The notes: generated by a model from the letters alone, not told the origin. A stretch of DNA of 64,000 bases from an uncultured Chloroflexia bacterium (GCA_963766735.1 CAVYBU010000004.1:160001-224000), one strand, 5' to 3'. Shown: positions 10,707 to 31,122, numbered from the stretch's first letter. Numbers and translations are program-made.

Positions 10707-11537
10707 CTATGACTTGCGATGACGGCTGCGGACGATGAGGCGGCTCGTCGCCTTGCCTCGCCGTGTCCGGTAGCCCATCGCCGGCTTGCCCCACGGGGTC
10801 TTCGGAGGCATGCCCGTCGGGCTCTTGCCCTCGCCACCACCGTGGGGGTGGTCGCGCGGGGTCATCGCCACTCCCCGGACTTCCGGACGCTGGCCCATGT
10901 GACGGGCGCGCCCGGCCTTGCCGAGGCTCTGGTTCTCGTGATCGACGTTCGAGACCTGCCCGATCGTCGCCATGCAGCGCATCGGGACCCGGCGCACCTC
11001 GCCCGAGGGGAGGCGGACCTGCGCCAGGTCGCCCTCCTTGGCCAGGAGCTGGGCGGACGTGCCGGCGGACCGGACGATCTGGCCACCCTTGCCCGGGGTC
11101 AGCTCGATGTTGTGGATCGTGGTGCCGAGCGGGATGTTCGCGATCGGCAGCGCATTCCCCACCCGGGCCTCGGCCTCGGGACCGGAGACGATGACGTCCC
11201 CGACCTTCAGGCCGTTCGGGAGGAGCATGTAGCGCTTCTCACCGTCCCGGTAGTGGAGCAGGCCGATGCGGGCGGACCTGTTCGGGTCGTACTCGATCGT
11301 CGCGAGACGGGCCGGCACGCCGGACTTGTCGCGCTTGAAGTCGATCCGCCGGTAATGGGTCTTCTCGCCGCCGCCGCGATGGCGGACGGTGAGCCGGCCC
11401 ATGTTGTTCCGCCCCGAGCCGCGCTTCATCGGCTCCAGGAGCGGCTTGTGGGGCTGGTCGGTTGTGATCTCGTCGAAGGTCGAGCGAGTCATCCACCGAC
11501 GGCCCGGGGACGTTGCCTTGTAGCTTCGCAGCGGCAT
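10707..11537 (-). CDS. rplB: 50S ribosomal protein L2
   Basis: [24 protein letters not shown]. Confidence 0.98.
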   Translation of the reverse strand: MPLRSYKATSPGRRWMTRSTFDEITTDQPHKPLLEPMKRGSGRNNMGRLTVRHRGGGEKTHYRRIDFKRDKSGVPARLATIEYDPNRSARIGLLHYRDGEKRYMLLPNGLKVGDVIVSGPEAEARVGNALPIANIPLGTTIHNIELTPGKGGQIVRSAGTSAQLLAKEGDLAQVRLPSGEVRRVPMRCMATIGQVSNVDHENQSLGKAGRARHMGQRPEVRGVAMTPRDHPHGGGEGKSPTGMPPKTPWGKPAMGYRTRRGKATSRLIVRSRHRKS

Positions 11538-11539
11538 CC

Positions 11540-11854
11540 CTACACCCCCTCGAAGAATTCGATCTTCTGGCCGGGGGCCAGGGTCACGATTGCCTTCCGC
11601 CAGGCGGAGGTGTGACCGGTGATCCGGCCGCGCTTCGTGCCCCGCCGCTTCTCCTTCGCCTTCGAGGTCAGCACGTTGACGGCGACCACGGTCACCTTCT
11701 CCTTGCTGTAGAGCTCCTCGACGGCGGCCTTGATCTGGATCTTGTTGGCCTTGTCGTGCACGGCGAACGTGTACTTGCCCCGCCCGGACTCGTCGATGGA
11801 CTTCTCCGAGATCACGGGACGGAGGATGATGTCGGCGGCGGTCAGGGCGCTCAC
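11540..11854 (-). CDS. rplW: 50S ribosomal protein L23
   Basis: [27 protein letters not shown]. Confidence 0.97.
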   Translation of the reverse strand: MSALTAADIILRPVISEKSIDESGRGKYTFAVHDKANKIQIKAAVEELYSKEKVTVVAVNVLTSKAKEKRRGTKRGRITGHTSAWRKAIVTLAPGQKIEFFEGV

Positions 11855-12489
11855 GCGTACACCTCGTCCATTCGGGCCAGCGACGGCTGCTCGATCAGGA
11901 TGGCGTCGGCGTTGAGCAGGTCGACGACGTTGAGCGAGTCGGCCAGGATGATCGACACCGACGGCAGGTTGGCGGCGGAGCGCAGCAGCATCTCGTCCTT
12001 CGCCGGGGCCACCACCAGCACGCGCCGCTCGTGGCCGTCCCCGGCGCCGAGCGCCTGCAGGATGCCGACGAACGCCTTCGTCCGGGGCTCGGAGTCCATG
12101 CCAAACGTGTCGACCACGCGGATCGCGTCGTCGCCCAGCTTGGCGGTCAGCGCCGAGCGAAGCGCCAGGCGGCGCATCTTCTTCGGCAGCTTCTGATCAT
12201 AGGAACGCGGATGCGGGCCGAACACGACGCCGCCGCCCCGGAAATGCGGGGCCGAGCGGGTGCCCTGGCGGGCGCGGCCGGTGCCCTTCTGGCGGTACGG
12301 CTTCTTGCCGCCACCGCGGATCTCGCCGCGGGTCTTCGTGTCATGGGTGCCGAGATGGCGCCCGGCCAGCTGGGCGACGACCGCCTGGTGGAGCACGGCC
12401 TCGTTGACGGGCGCTGCGAACAGCACCTCGCTGAGGTCGACGTTCCCGACAGAGGCGCCCGAGCGGTCGTAGAGGATTGTCTGAGGCAT
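11851..12489 (-). CDS. rplD: 50S ribosomal protein L4
   Basis: [21 protein letters not shown]; start may be 12495. Confidence 0.97.
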   Translation of the reverse strand: MPQTILYDRSGASVGNVDLSEVLFAAPVNEAVLHQAVVAQLAGRHLGTHDTKTRGEIRGGGKKPYRQKGTGRARQGTRSAPHFRGGGVVFGPHPRSYDQKLPKKMRRLALRSALTAKLGDDAIRVVDTFGMDSEPRTKAFVGILQALGAGDGHERRVLVVAPAKDEMLLRSAANLPSVSIILADSLNVVDLLNADAILIEQPSLARMDEVYA

Positions 12490-12491
12490 CG

Positions 12492-13103
12492 TCACGCCTT
12501 CCGGACGAAGGTGAGCGCGCCGGGCGCCCCGGGGACGGTTCCCTTCACGAGGATCAGGTTCCGCTCCGAGTCCACGCGGACGACGCGCAGCTTCTTGATC
12601 GTGACCCGCTCGCTGCCCATGTGGCCACCCATCTTGAGGCCCTTGTAGACGCGACCGGGCGTGGTGCCGGGGCCGATGGAGCCCGGCTTGCGGTAGTTGT
12701 CCGAACCGTGGGTCTTGGGACCGCGCGAGAAGTTGTGACGCTTCACGGTGCCCGCGAAGCCCTGGCCCTTCGAGATGCCGGTGACGTCGACGAGGTCGCC
12801 CTCGGCGAACACCTCGGCGACCGTCAGCTGCTGGCCCACGCTGTAGCCGTCCGCGTCATCCAGCCGGAACTCGCGGATCGTCTTGACCCGCGGCAGGTCC
12901 TTGAGCTGGCCGGCGAGCGGCTTCGTCAGCTTGCGGCGCTCGCCGGCACCAAGCTGGACAGCCGTGTAGCCGTCCCGCTCGGCGGTGCGAAGCCGCGTCA
13001 CGGTGTTCGGGGTGACCTGTACCACCGAAACGGCGACCATTGTCCCGTCCGGCTGGAAGACCTGTGTCATGCCGACCTTGCGGCCGATCAGCCCAATGCT
13101 CAT
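12492..13103 (-). CDS. rplC: 50S ribosomal protein L3
   Basis: GRKVGMTQVF, DGYTAVQLG, PGRVYKG. Confidence 0.98.
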   Translation of the reverse strand: MSIGLIGRKVGMTQVFQPDGTMVAVSVVQVTPNTVTRLRTAERDGYTAVQLGAGERRKLTKPLAGQLKDLPRVKTIREFRLDDADGYSVGQQLTVAEVFAEGDLVDVTGISKGQGFAGTVKRHNFSRGPKTHGSDNYRKPGSIGPGTTPGRVYKGLKMGGHMGSERVTIKKLRVVRVDSERNLILVKGTVPGAPGALTFVRKA

Positions 13104-13112
13104 CGGTCCGCC

Positions 13113-13421
13113 CTACATCTTGATTTCGATGTCGACGCCCGCCGCAAGCGAGAGTCGCATCAGGGCGTCGACCGTCTTCGACGAGGGATCCAGGATGTCG
13201 ATGAGCCGCTTGTGCGTGCGGATCTCGAACTGCTCCCGGGAGTCCTTGTCGATGAACGGTGACCGCAGGACGGTGAACTTCTCGATCCGGGTCGGCAGCG
13301 GGACCGGTCCGACGACGTCCGCGCCTGTGCGCTGCGCCGTCTCGACGATCTGGGCTGCCGACTGGTCGAGCAGCCGGTGGTCGTAGGCCTTGAGGCGGAT
13401 TCGGATCCGCTGCTTCGCCAT
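13113..13421 (-). CDS. rpsJ: 30S ribosomal protein S10
   Basis: [27 protein letters not shown]. Confidence 0.98.
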   Translation of the reverse strand: MAKQRIRIRLKAYDHRLLDQSAAQIVETAQRTGADVVGPVPLPTRIEKFTVLRSPFIDKDSREQFEIRTHKRLIDILDPSSKTVDALMRLSLAAGVDIEIKM

Positions 13422-13431
13422 ATCTGTCTCG

Positions 13432-14628
13432 CTACGCGATGATGCTGGTGATCGCGCCGGCGCCGACGGTACGACCGCCCTCGCGGATCGCGAACCGCTG
13501 GCCGACTTCGAGCGCGATCGGGGTGATCAGCTCGACGGTCATGTCGACGTTGTCGCCGGGCATGATCATCTCGGCCCCGTCGGGAAGGCCGATGGCACCC
13601 GTGACGTCCGTGGTGCGCAGGTAGAACTGCGGCCGGTACCCGTTGTAGAACGGGGTATGGCGGCCGCCCTCCTCCTTGGTCAGGACGTAGACGCGGGCGA
13701 TGAAGTTGGTGTGCGGCTTGACCGACCCGGGCTTGGCCAGGACCTGGCCGCGCTCGATGTCGTCGCGCTCGATACCGCGCAGGAGCAGGCCGACGTTGTC
13801 GCCCGCCTCGCCCTGGTCGAGCAGCTTCTTGAACATCTCGACGCCGGTGACGACCACCTTGCGGGTGGCGTTGATGCCGACGATCTCGACCTCCTCGCCC
13901 ACCTTGATGATGCCGCGCTCGATGCGGCCGGTGGCGACGGTGCCGCGGCCCTTGATGCCGAACACGTCCTCGCAGGGCATCAGGAACGGCTTGTCGATGG
14001 CGCGCTCGGGGTTGGGGATGTAGGAGTCGACCGCGTCCATCAGCTCCTGGATCGGAGCGTAGGCCGGGTCGTCGACGTTGTCGCCGGCCTCGAGGGCCTG
14101 GAGCGCGGAGCCCCGGATGACGGGGATGTCGTCGCCCGGGAAGTTGTACTTGCTCAACAGCTCGCGGACCTCGAGCTCGACGAGGTCGAGCAGCTCGGGG
14201 TCGTCGACCATGTCGCACTTGTTGAGGAACACGATGACGTAGGGCACCTCCACCTGGCGGGCCAGGAGGATGTGCTCGCGGGTCTGGGGCATCGGGCCGT
14301 CGGTGGCGGCGACCACGAGGATCGCGCCGTCCATCTGGGCGGCACCGGTGATCATGTTCTTGATGTAGTCGGCGTGCCCGGGGCAGTCGACGTGCGCGTA
14401 GTGGCGGTTCTCCGTCTGGTACTCGACGTGGGCGATCGCGATCGTGATGCCGCGCTCGCGCTCCTCGGGGGCGTTGTCGATCGAGTCGAACGCACGGAAC
14501 TCCGCGCCGCCCTTGAGCGCCAGGTACTTGGTGATGGCGGCCGTGAGCGTCGTCTTGCCATGGTCGATGTGGCCGATCGTGCCGACGTTGACGTGCGGCT
14601 TGGTGCGCTCGAACTTCTTCTTGGCCAT
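13432..14628 (-). CDS. tuf: elongation factor Tu (str operon copy)
   Basis: [31 protein letters not shown]. Confidence 0.99.
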   Translation of the reverse strand: MAKKKFERTKPHVNVGTIGHIDHGKTTLTAAITKYLALKGGAEFRAFDSIDNAPEERERGITIAIAHVEYQTENRHYAHVDCPGHADYIKNMITGAAQMDGAILVVAATDGPMPQTREHILLARQVEVPYVIVFLNKCDMVDDPELLDLVELEVRELLSKYNFPGDDIPVIRGSALQALEAGDNVDDPAYAPIQELMDAVDSYIPNPERAIDKPFLMPCEDVFGIKGRGTVATGRIERGIIKVGEEVEIVGINATRKVVVTGVEMFKKLLDQGEAGDNVGLLLRGIERDDIERGQVLAKPGSVKPHTNFIARVYVLTKEEGGRHTPFYNGYRPQFYLRTTDVTGAIGLPDGAEMIMPGDNVDMTVELITPIALEVGQRFAIREGGRTVGAGAITSIIA

Positions 14629-14683
14629 ATCCGGCTTGACTCCCTGCTCCTTGCTCGCGCGTACGCGGGCAGATATCCCGTGG

Positions 14684-16759
14684 TTAGACCTTCGATTTGG
14701 CGACGAGCTCGGCCGCGAGGTTCGAGGGAACCTCGGCGTAGTGGCTGAGCTCCATGGAGTAACTCGCGCGGCCCTGGGTCATCGACCGCAGGTCCGTGGC
14801 ATACCCGAACATCTCGGACAGCGGGACCGCACTGCGGACGACCTGGGTCGACCCGCGGGGATCCATGCCCTCGACATGTCCGCGCCTGCTGTTGAGGTCG
14901 CCGATGACGTCGCCCATGAACTCCTCGGGCATCGTCACTTCGACCCGCATCATCGGCTCCAGCACGACGGGGCTGGCCTTGCCGACTGCATCCTTGATCG
15001 CCATCGAACCGGCGATCTTGAACGCCATCTCCGACGAGTCGACATCGTGGTACGACCCGTCGAACAGCGTCACCTTGATATCGACCATCGGCACGTTCGC
15101 GTAGATACCCAATTCGAGCGTCTCGCGAATGCCCATGTCGATCGGCTTGATGTACTCGCGCGGGATGGTGGCGCCGACGATCTTGTCCACGAACTCGTAG
15201 CCACCGCCCTTGGGCAGGGGCTCGATCCGGATGACCGCGTGGCCGTACTGGCCCTTGCCGCCGGTCTGGCGGACGAAGCGGCCATTGCCCTGCGCCGGCT
15301 TGCGGATCGTCTCGCGGTAGGCGACCTGCGGCTTGCCGACGTTCGCGGCCACCCTGAACTCGCGCACCATCCGGTCAACGAGAACATCGAGGTGCAGCTC
15401 GCCCATGCCGGCGATCAGCGTCTGGCCCGACTCCTCGTCCGTCTTGACACGGAAGGTCGGGTCCTCCTCGGCCAGGCGCTGGAGCGCGATGCCCAGCTTG
15501 TCCTGGTCGGCCTTGGTCTTGGGTTCGATCGCGACCTCGATGACGGGCTCGGGGAACGTCATCGACTCCAGGATCACCGGGTGCTCGAGCTCCGTGAGCG
15601 TGTCGCCGGTGTAGGTGTCCTTGAGGCCGACGGCCGCAGCGATGTCGCCCGCGTACACGATGTCGATCTCTTCGCGGTGGTTGGCGTGCATCTGGAGGAT
15701 GCGGCCGATCCGCTCCTTCTTGCCCTTCGTGGCGTTGAGCACGTAGGACCCGGACTTGAGGGTCCCGGAGTAGACCCGGAAGAACGCCAGCTTGCCGACG
15801 AAGGGATCCGCGGCGATCTTGAACGCGAGGGCGCTGAAGGGCTCGGTGTCGTCCGGTGCCTTGAGGATCTCGATGTCGGTGCCGGGCTTGAGGCCGATCA
15901 CCGGCGGCACGTCGAGCGGCGAGGGGAGATAGTCCACCACCGCGTCGAGCATCGGCTGGACGCCCTTGTTCTTGAGCGCCGAACCGCACAGGATCGGGAC
16001 CCAGGTGTACTGGAGGGTCGCGAGCCGGATCGCGTGCTTGATCTCGTCCTCGGTGACCTCCTCGCCCTCGAGGTACTTGTGGGCGAGGCGATCATCGACC
16101 AGCGCAACCGACTCGAGGAGGTTCTCGCGCCACGTCGCGGCCTCGTCGGCCATCTCCGCAGGGATCTCGATCGTGTCGAAGCTGTTGCCGAGGTCGTCCC
16201 GCCAGATCAGCGCCTTCATGCGGACGAGGTCCACGAGGCCGACGAACGTGTCCTCGATGCCGATCGGGATCTGGATCGGCACGGGCGTGACGCCAAGGCG
16301 GTCGCGGATCATGTCCACGTCGCGCCAGAAGTTGGCACCCGTCCGGTCGAGCTTGTTGATGAAACAGATCCGGGGAACGCCATAGCGGTCCGCCTGGCGC
16401 CACACCGTCTCGGACTGCGGCTCGACACCGGCAACGCCGTCGAACACGACCACCGCTCCGTCGAGCACGCGCAGGCTCCGCTCGACTTCCATCGTAAAGT
16501 CCACGTGCCCGGGCGTATCGATGATGTTGATACGGTGATCGTTCCACGCGCAGGTGGTGGCCGCGGCAGTGATCGTGATGCCGCGCTCCTGCTCCTGGGG
16601 CATCCAGTCCATGGTGGCCGCGCCCTCATGAACCTCACCGATCTTGTAGATCTTCTTCGTGTAGAAGAGGATCCGCTCGGTCACGGTGGTTTTGCCCGCG
16701 TCGATATGCGCGATGATTCCGATGTTCCGCGTTCGCAGAAGCGGAACGGTTCGTGCCAC
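14684..16759 (-). CDS. fusA: elongation factor G
   Basis: [32 protein letters not shown]. Confidence 0.99.
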   Translation of the reverse strand: MARTVPLLRTRNIGIIAHIDAGKTTVTERILFYTKKIYKIGEVHEGAATMDWMPQEQERGITITAAATTCAWNDHRINIIDTPGHVDFTMEVERSLRVLDGAVVVFDGVAGVEPQSETVWRQADRYGVPRICFINKLDRTGANFWRDVDMIRDRLGVTPVPIQIPIGIEDTFVGLVDLVRMKALIWRDDLGNSFDTIEIPAEMADEAATWRENLLESVALVDDRLAHKYLEGEEVTEDEIKHAIRLATLQYTWVPILCGSALKNKGVQPMLDAVVDYLPSPLDVPPVIGLKPGTDIEILKAPDDTEPFSALAFKIAADPFVGKLAFFRVYSGTLKSGSYVLNATKGKKERIGRILQMHANHREEIDIVYAGDIAAAVGLKDTYTGDTLTELEHPVILESMTFPEPVIEVAIEPKTKADQDKLGIALQRLAEEDPTFRVKTDEESGQTLIAGMGELHLDVLVDRMVREFRVAANVGKPQVAYRETIRKPAQGNGRFVRQTGGKGQYGHAVIRIEPLPKGGGYEFVDKIVGATIPREYIKPIDMGIRETLELGIYANVPMVDIKVTLFDGSYHDVDSSEMAFKIAGSMAIKDAVGKASPVVLEPMMRVEVTMPEEFMGDVIGDLNSRRGHVEGMDPRGSTQVVRSAVPLSEMFGYATDLRSMTQGRASYSMELSHYAEVPSNLAAELVAKSKV

Positions 16760-16786
16760 GGTTGGTTCAGCTCCTCTCGGCCGGGA

Positions 16787-17251
16787 CTACCACTTGAAGT
16801 GGCTGAAGGCCTTGTTGGCCTCCGCCATCTTGTGGGTGTCCTCGCGCCGCTTCACCGCTGCCCCGAGGCCGTTCATGGCGTCGACGAATTCCGCGGCGAG
16901 CTTCTCGCTCATGCTCTTGCCGCTGCGCTTGCGGGCGGCCTGGACAAGCCAGCGCACGCCGAGCGACAGCCGGCGGTCTCCCCGGATCTCGACCGGGACC
17001 TGGTAGGTGGCGCCACCGACGCGGCGGGGCTTGACCTCGATGATCGGGGTTGCGTTGCGCAATGCGGCCTCGAGCACCTCGAGCCCCGGGCGCTTGGCCT
17101 GGAACTCGGCGCGCGCAAGCGCCTGGCGCAGGATCCGGTCAGACAGGGTCCGCTTCCCGTCACGCATCAGCTTCGCGCGGAAGCGATCCGAGACGCGAGT
17201 CGACTCGACCTGGTACTTCGTCTTGCGGGCGATCGACTGACGGCGCGGCAT
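16787..17251 (-). CDS. rpsG: 30S ribosomal protein S7 (divergent N-terminus)
   Basis: RRVGGATYQVP, HKMAEANKAF; ATG at 17251. Confidence 0.97.
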   Translation of the reverse strand: MPRRQSIARKTKYQVESTRVSDRFRAKLMRDGKRTLSDRILRQALARAEFQAKRPGLEVLEAALRNATPIIEVKPRRVGGATYQVPVEIRGDRRLSLGVRWLVQAARKRSGKSMSEKLAAEFVDAMNGLGAAVKRREDTHKMAEANKAFSHFKW

Positions 17252-17252
17252 C

Positions 17253-17684
17253 CTAGCCCTTCTTCCCGGGCACGATGGCCGCCTTGGCGCCGTACTTGCT
17301 GCGGCTCTGCTTGCGATCCTTGACGCCCGCGGCATCGAGGGTCCCTCGGATGATGTGGTACTTGACCGACGGAAGATCCTTGACCCGGCCGCCGCGCACC
17401 AGGACCACGGAGTGCTCCTGGAGGTTGTGGCCGATGCCCGGGATGTAGGCCGTGACCTCCATCTGGTTGGTGAGCCGCACGCGCGCGATCTTCCGAAGGG
17501 CCGAGTTCGGCTTCTTCGGAGTCATCGTCCTGACCTGCAGGCACACTCCCCGCTTCTGGGGGGCGCCGGGAATCGGCACCTGGCGCTGTCGCAGGCTGTT
17601 CCAGTTCTTGCGCAGCGCGGGAGCCTTGACCTTCTCGATCTTCGGCTTCCGCCCGTGGCGCACGAGCTGGCTGATGGTCGGCAC
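17253..17684 (-). CDS. rpsL: 30S ribosomal protein S12
   Basis: [30 protein letters not shown]. Confidence 0.98.
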   Translation of the reverse strand: MPTISQLVRHGRKPKIEKVKAPALRKNWNSLRQRQVPIPGAPQKRGVCLQVRTMTPKKPNSALRKIARVRLTNQMEVTAYIPGIGHNLQEHSVVLVRGGRVKDLPSVKYHIIRGTLDAAGVKDRKQSRSKYGAKAAIVPGKKG

Positions 17685-17837
17685 GGAGACGCGGCTCCTT
17701 TCACTGAAAGTGCTACAGGTGGTGGTCGGTCCGGCGGGTCCACCCGCGCCGGGCGTCCGGCTGGGGACCGCTCGGATCTCTTCGAGGCCTGATCCGACGC
17801 ACGTGGCGAACGGGGCCCCTCGAGGCCACGAACGCGG

Positions 17838-17867
17838 AGTTTAGCAAGGCGTCCGTTCGAGTGTCAA
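17838..17867 (-). promoter_or_regulatory. sigma70 promoter of str/S10 operon
   Basis: TTGACA-N18-TAAACT with extended -10 TG. Confidence 0.7.
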
Positions 17868-17928
17868 ACAACCCCCGCGTCCGCGGAGTCCAGGGGTCCC
17901 TGGAGATGGTCGGAATGCGCGGTGGAGC

Positions 17929-22461
<4,533 letters not shown>

Positions 22462-22571
22462 CGGTCTCCTCCGCGCCGCCGCGGCCCTGGCAGCGCGATC
22501 TTCCGGTTCATGCGAGGGGGGACCGGGTCGGCCGGACGCCGATCCCCCTCCGGGCGTGGGTTACGTGGTTG

Positions 22572-26075
<3,504 letters not shown>

Positions 26076-26135
26076 GAAGGACGGCTCCTTGACGGAGTGG
26101 GAAGAGGAGGGAACGGCCGCGCTCACAGAAGGAGT

Positions 26136-26163
26136 AGGATACCGCGTTCAGGTCGAGTGTCAA
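26136..26163 (-). promoter_or_regulatory. sigma70 promoter upstream of rpoB
   Basis: TTGACA-N16-TATCCT. Confidence 0.6.
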
Positions 26164-26176
26164 CCACGGGGCATTA

Positions 26177-26213
26177 CGGACCGGGCGGCGGCGCGAAGGC
26201 CGCCGCCCGTCCG
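26177..26213 (-). terminator. GC-rich hairpin after rplL, possible terminator
   Basis: cggaccgggcggcggc-gcgaag-gccgccgcccgtccg inverted repeat; no clear U-tract. Confidence 0.4.
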
Positions 26214-26253
26214 GGCGGCCGGGCGAAGGCCGGCAGAGCCGGCCCGCAACCGT

Positions 26254-26643
26254 CTACTTGATCTCGACCTTGGCGCCCACGTCCTCGAGGGCTGCCTTGA
26301 TCTTCTCGGCCTCATCCTTGGTGACGGCCTCCTTGACGGCCTTCGGGAAGGCGTCGACGAGGTCCTTCGCCTCCTTGAGGCCGAGTCCGGTGAGCTCGCG
26401 GACGACCTTGATGACCGGGATCTTGTTGGGGCCGATCTCGGTCAGGGTGGCGGTGAACTCGGTCTGCTCCTCAGCCTCGGCAACAGGGGCCGCGGCAGCG
26501 GCCGGAGCGGCGCCGGCGAAGGCGACCGGTGCGGCGGCAGTGACGCCAAAGCGGTCCTCGAATGCCTTCTTGAAGTCGGACAGCTCGAGGACGGTCATCT
26601 GCTCGAATGCCTCGAGCAGCTGGTCGATGGTCAGCTTGGCCAT
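26254..26643 (-). CDS. rplL: 50S ribosomal protein L7/L12
   Basis: [29 protein letters not shown]. Confidence 0.98.
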   Translation of the reverse strand: MAKLTIDQLLEAFEQMTVLELSDFKKAFEDRFGVTAAAPVAFAGAAPAAAAAPVAEAEEQTEFTATLTEIGPNKIPVIKVVRELTGLGLKEAKDLVDAFPKAVKEAVTKDEAEKIKAALEDVGAKVEIK

Positions 26644-26704
26644 GGGGTTCGTGTCTCCTGGTGGTACAGCGCCCCTCGGGGCGCGGGTTGGTCTCGAGGG
26701 AAGG

Positions 26705-27232
26705 TCAGGCCGCGGCGTCGCCGCGCTTGTCAATCAGCGCCTGGAACAGGCCGGCAACGTCGCGCCCGGGGGCGTCGAACAGGCCGGCAACCGTGGCCAG
26801 AGGAGCCGTTATCGCGCCCACGGCCTCGGCGAGAAGAACCTCGCGGGAAGGCAGGGTCGCGAGCCGAGCCACGCCCTGGGCATCGATCGCCGTCGCCCCC
26901 AGCACCGCGCCCGTGATCTTCACGATGCGGTATGGCTTGACGGCATCCAGGACCGCCCTGGCGGTGGCCGCCTCGTCGGTGCCGAAGGCAATCGCCGTCG
27001 GACCCACGAGGAGCGGTGAGAGCGCGGCGGCAGAGGCGTTCTCCTGGGCCGCGATCCGCATCAGGCGGTTCTTGATGACCCGGTAGCTCACGTTCTGCTT
27101 GCGCAGGGCGCGCCGGATCTCGCTGATCTCCTTCACCTTGAGGCCGCGGTATTCCGAGACGATCAGAGTGCGGCTGGCGTCCAGCTGGGCGCGCAGGTCC
27201 TCGACCGTCTCTCGCTTGGCCTCGGTCGGCAT
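26705..27232 (-). CDS. rplJ: 50S ribosomal protein L10
   Basis: [28 protein letters not shown]. Confidence 0.96.
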   Translation of the reverse strand: MPTEAKRETVEDLRAQLDASRTLIVSEYRGLKVKEISEIRRALRKQNVSYRVIKNRLMRIAAQENASAAALSPLLVGPTAIAFGTDEAATARAVLDAVKPYRIVKITGAVLGATAIDAQGVARLATLPSREVLLAEAVGAITAPLATVAGLFDAPGRDVAGLFQALIDKRGDAAA

Positions 27233-27359
27233 CGAGCCTCCTTGCTCCAGCGCGCAACCGGCGCGCGGCGGTGGGTGCGCCCCGGCAGCGCCGGGATGAA
27301 CCCCTGCGACGGGCCACGTGCAGGGGGCGCGACCCACCTGGGAGGTGGGGCGATTGCCA

Positions 27360-27502
27360 CTGCCTCGGCGTGCTCGCCGTCGTCCCCGTCCACCACCCCA
27401 CGGGATGGCCGGCCGGTCCGGTCCGGCGGATCAAGCCCTGGGCGTCTGGTCGTCCTTGCGGTCGGGTCCAGGCGTCCTGCGGGCGCAGGCTGTCTGCGGC
27501 TT
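27360..27502 (-). promoter_or_regulatory. probable L10 leader (autogenous control element)
   Basis: In the rplA-rplJ spacer; CCGCAGACAGC...CACGCCGAGG resembles the L10-leader kink-turn flanks. Confidence 0.5.
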
Positions 27503-27566
27503 GTCCGTCTGTCTTGATACGGCGCGCGTCTCTCGACCGCGTCGTGCGTGATGGTTGGGCTGGACT

Positions 27567-28274
27567 TTACTCGTTCGCCGCGGCGAGGACGTCGGGGATG
27601 TCCACGCGCAGCCCGGGGCCCATCGTGGTGGCGATGGTCAGGGTGCGCAGGTACTGGCCCTTGGCGCCGGTCGGCTTGGCCCGGTTGACGGCATCCACGA
27701 GGCTGGCCAGGTTCTGGACCAGCTGCTCCTCGGTGAAGCTCGCCTTGCCGATGGGGACGTGGATGATCGCGCCCTTGTCGACCTTGAACTCGACGCGACC
27801 GCCCTTGACCTCCGAGACCGCGCGCTCGAGATCGAAGGTGATCGTGCCCGACTTCGGGTTCGGCATCAGGCCCCGGCGGCCGAGGATCCGGCCCAGGCGC
27901 CCGACCATGCCCATGACGTCCGGCGCGGCGAGCGCAACGTCAAACTCGAGCCAGCCGGCTTCGATCTTCTTCACCAGGTCCTCGGCGCCAACCTCGTCCG
28001 CCCCGGCGCGAAGCGCCTCCTGCGCCTTCTCGCCCTGGGCGAACACGGCGACGCGAACGACCTTGCCCGTGCCGTGCGGCAGGACCACGGTGCCGCGAAC
28101 CATCTGGTCGGCATGCCGCGGATCGACGCCGAGGCGGAGATGAGCCTCGACCGACGCATCGAACTTGACGTTGGACGTCTGCTTCGCGATCTCGACCGCC
28201 TCCGCCACCGGGTAGACCCGGGTTCGGTCGACGAGCTTCGCGGCATCCTGGTAGCGCTTGCCGTGTTCGGCCAT
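27567..28274 (-). CDS. rplA: 50S ribosomal protein L1
   Basis: [29 protein letters not shown]. Confidence 0.98.
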   Translation of the reverse strand: MAEHGKRYQDAAKLVDRTRVYPVAEAVEIAKQTSNVKFDASVEAHLRLGVDPRHADQMVRGTVVLPHGTGKVVRVAVFAQGEKAQEALRAGADEVGAEDLVKKIEAGWLEFDVALAAPDVMGMVGRLGRILGRRGLMPNPKSGTITFDLERAVSEVKGGRVEFKVDKGAIIHVPIGKASFTEEQLVQNLASLVDAVNRAKPTGAKGQYLRTLTIATTMGPGLRVDIPDVLAAANE

Positions 28275-28356
28275 TGTCGGTGCTCCTTCGGTCCCGTGGA
28301 CCTGCCCCTGGTGGATGGCGCGCCGGGCGGGGTCTCTCCCGCGCGCTCCGCCGGCT

Positions 28357-28782
28357 CTAGCCGACGACCTCGATGCCCATGCTGCGGGCGGTTCCCTCGA
28401 TGACCTTCATGCCGGCCTCGATGTCATTGACGTTGAGGTCGACCATCTTGATCTCGGCGATCTGGCGAACCTGGTCCCGGGTCACGCGACCGACGACCGT
28501 GCGCTTCGGTGTCGCCGAGCCACTCTCGATGCCGGCGGCCTTGCGGAGCAGGTCCGGGGCCGGGGGCGTCTTGAGGACGAACGTGAACGAGCGATCCTCG
28601 AAGATCGTGATCTGGGCCGGGATGATCTGGCCCGCCTTGTCGGCAGTGCGCTCGTTGTAGGACTTCGTGAACTCGACGATGTTGATGCCGTGGGGGCCCA
28701 GCGCCGTGCCGACGGGCGGCGCGGGTGTTGCCTTGCCGGCCGGCAACTGCAGCGTCAGGACGATTCGGATCTTCTTGGCCAC
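28357..28782 (-). CDS. rplK: 50S ribosomal protein L11
   Basis: [22 protein letters not shown]. Confidence 0.98.
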   Translation of the reverse strand: MAKKIRIVLTLQLPAGKATPAPPVGTALGPHGINIVEFTKSYNERTADKAGQIIPAQITIFEDRSFTFVLKTPPAPDLLRKAAGIESGSATPKRTVVGRVTRDQVRQIAEIKMVDLNVNDIEAGMKVIEGTARSMGIEVVG

Positions 28783-28803
28783 GTGTGCTCGCTCCCTGCC
28801 TCG

Positions 28804-29376
28804 TTACAGCTTCTCGACCTGGAGGAAGTCGAGCTCGACCGGCGTCTCCCGACCGAAGATGCTCACGAGGACCTTCAGCTTGTTGCGCTCCGGGTTGACC
28901 TCGTCCACGGTCCCGATGAACTCCGCGAACGGCCCGTCCGTGACACGCACGCTCTGGCCCTTCGTGAACGCGACCCGGAACTTCGGCGTCTCCACGCCCA
29001 TGTGCCGGAGAATCTGCTTGACCTCGGTCTCGTCCAGCGGGATCGGCTCGCTGCGCATCCCGGGGATGTTGCCGCTGCCGACGAAGCTGGTGACCCCCGG
29101 CGTGTTGCGGACGACGAACCAGGACTCGGGGTCCAGGATCATCTCCACGAGCACGTAGCCCGGGTACACCTTCTTCTGGACCGTGTGCCGCTGGCCCTGG
29201 CGAATCTCGATCTCGTCCTCCATCGGGACGAGCACCTGGAAGATCTTGTCCTCCATGCCCATCGACTCGATGCGGTGCTCGAGGTTCGCCTTGACCTTGT
29301 TCTCGTAGCCTGAGTACGTGTGGATCACGTACCAGCGCTGCTCGGGTGCCTTCACGGCCGTTGTCTGCTCCGTCAT
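28804..29376 (-). CDS. nusG: transcription termination/antitermination factor NusG
   Basis: [32 protein letters not shown]. Confidence 0.98.
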   Translation of the reverse strand: MTEQTTAVKAPEQRWYVIHTYSGYENKVKANLEHRIESMGMEDKIFQVLVPMEDEIEIRQGQRHTVQKKVYPGYVLVEMILDPESWFVVRNTPGVTSFVGSGNIPGMRSEPIPLDETEVKQILRHMGVETPKFRVAFTKGQSVRVTDGPFAEFIGTVDEVNPERNKLKVLVSIFGRETPVELDFLQVEKL

Positions 29377-29564
29377 GCCAGGGCACCCGCAACAAGACGG
29401 ATGACGGTCTCGAAGAAGGCGTCAGCCACGGTGATGTAGACCCCGACCACGAACGAGATGACGAACACGAGGATCGTCAGGTTTCGCACCTGGAGACGGT
29501 TGGGCCACGAGACCTTCTTGAGCTCGGACCACGATTCCTTGATGAATTGCCGTAATCGCTTCAC
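29373..29564 (-). CDS. secE: preprotein translocase SecE
   Basis: ELKKVSWP followed by one TM helix. Confidence 0.95.
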   Translation of the reverse strand: MKRLRQFIKESWSELKKVSWPNRLQVRNLTILVFVISFVVGVYITVADAFFETVIRLVAGALA

Positions 29565-29591
29565 GGATGCCTTTTCAGCGGACTGGTTGGT

Positions 29592-29667
29592 TGGCAGGGG
29601 CGATAGGACTCGAACCTACAACAACCGGTTTTGGAGACCGGTGCTCTGCCAATTGAGCTACGCCCCT
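29592..29667 (-). tRNA. tRNA-Trp(CCA)
   Basis: 76-nt cloverleaf, anticodon loop CT-CCA-AA, encoded CCA end. Confidence 0.96.
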
Positions 29668-29682
29668 GCGGGACCGGACCTT

Positions 29683-29847
29683 CTACTTGGCTTCCCGGTG
29701 CAGCGTGTGGCGCCGCTCCCGGGGACAGTACTTCTGCAACTCGATCCGGCTGGGATCGTTCTTCTTGTTCTTGCGCGTCGTGTAGTTGCGGGTCTTGCAC
29801 TCGCTGCAAGCCAGCTGGATGACCGGACGCGCGTCAACTCTCGCCAT
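29683..29847 (-). CDS. rpmG: 50S ribosomal protein L33
   Basis: Not in ORF track; [54 protein letters not shown]. Confidence 0.96.
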   Translation of the reverse strand: MARVDARPVIQLACSECKTRNYTTRKNKKNDPSRIELQKYCPRERRHTLHREAK

Positions 29848-29857
29848 GAAACTCTCG

Positions 29858-31054
29858 CTACGCGATGATGCTGGTGATCGCGCCGGCGCCGACGGTACGA
29901 CCGCCCTCGCGGATCGCGAACCGCTGGCCGACTTCGAGCGCGATCGGGGTGATCAGCTCGACGGTCATGTCGACGTTGTCGCCGGGCATGATCATCTCGG
30001 CCCCGTCGGGAAGGCCGATGGCACCCGTGACGTCCGTGGTGCGCAGGTAGAACTGCGGCCGGTACCCGTTGTAGAACGGGGTATGGCGGCCGCCCTCCTC
30101 CTTGGTCAGGACGTAGACGCGGGCGATGAAGTTGGTGTGCGGCTTGACCGACCCGGGCTTGGCCAGGACCTGGCCGCGCTCGATGTCGTCGCGCTCGATA
30201 CCGCGCAGGAGCAGGCCGACGTTGTCGCCCGCCTCGCCCTGGTCGAGCAGCTTCTTGAACATCTCGACGCCGGTGACGACCACCTTGCGGGTGGCGTTGA
30301 TGCCGACGATCTCGACCTCCTCGCCCACCTTGATGATGCCGCGCTCGATGCGGCCGGTGGCGACGGTGCCGCGGCCCTTGATGCCGAACACGTCCTCGCA
30401 GGGCATCAGGAACGGCTTGTCGATGGCGCGCTCGGGGTTGGGGATGTAGGAGTCGACCGCGTCCATCAGCTCCTGGATCGGAGCGTAGGCCGGGTCGTCG
30501 ACGTTGTCGCCGGCCTCGAGGGCCTGGAGCGCGGAGCCCCGGATGACGGGGATGTCGTCGCCCGGGAAGTTGTACTTGCTCAACAGCTCGCGGACCTCGA
30601 GCTCGACGAGGTCGAGCAGCTCGGGGTCGTCGACCATGTCGCACTTGTTGAGGAACACGATGACGTAGGGCACCTCCACCTGGCGGGCCAGGAGGATGTG
30701 CTCGCGGGTCTGGGGCATCGGGCCGTCGGTGGCGGCGACCACGAGGATCGCGCCGTCCATCTGGGCGGCACCGGTGATCATGTTCTTGATGTAGTCGGCG
30801 TGCCCGGGGCAGTCGACGTGCGCGTAGTGGCGGTTCTCCGTCTGGTACTCGACGTGGGCGATCGCGATCGTGATGCCGCGCTCGCGCTCCTCGGGGGCGT
30901 TGTCGATCGAGTCGAACGCACGGAACTCCGCGCCGCCCTTGAGCGCCAGGTACTTGGTGATGGCGGCCGTGAGCGTCGTCTTGCCATGGTCGATGTGGCC
31001 GATCGTGCCGACGTTGACGTGCGGCTTGGTGCGCTCGAACTTCTTCTTGGCCAC
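29858..31054 (-). CDS. tuf: elongation factor Tu (second copy)
   Basis: GTG start; same protein as 13432..14628. Confidence 0.98.
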   Translation of the reverse strand: MAKKKFERTKPHVNVGTIGHIDHGKTTLTAAITKYLALKGGAEFRAFDSIDNAPEERERGITIAIAHVEYQTENRHYAHVDCPGHADYIKNMITGAAQMDGAILVVAATDGPMPQTREHILLARQVEVPYVIVFLNKCDMVDDPELLDLVELEVRELLSKYNFPGDDIPVIRGSALQALEAGDNVDDPAYAPIQELMDAVDSYIPNPERAIDKPFLMPCEDVFGIKGRGTVATGRIERGIIKVGEEVEIVGINATRKVVVTGVEMFKKLLDQGEAGDNVGLLLRGIERDDIERGQVLAKPGSVKPHTNFIARVYVLTKEEGGRHTPFYNGYRPQFYLRTTDVTGAIGLPDGAEMIMPGDNVDMTVELITPIALEVGQRFAIREGGRTVGAGAITSIIA

Positions 31055-31122
31055 AGGACCTTTCTCACTCCACTGCTGGGGCGGTACTGGCCGCCGGCTT
31101 CTGCCCGGGATTACGCAAGAGA

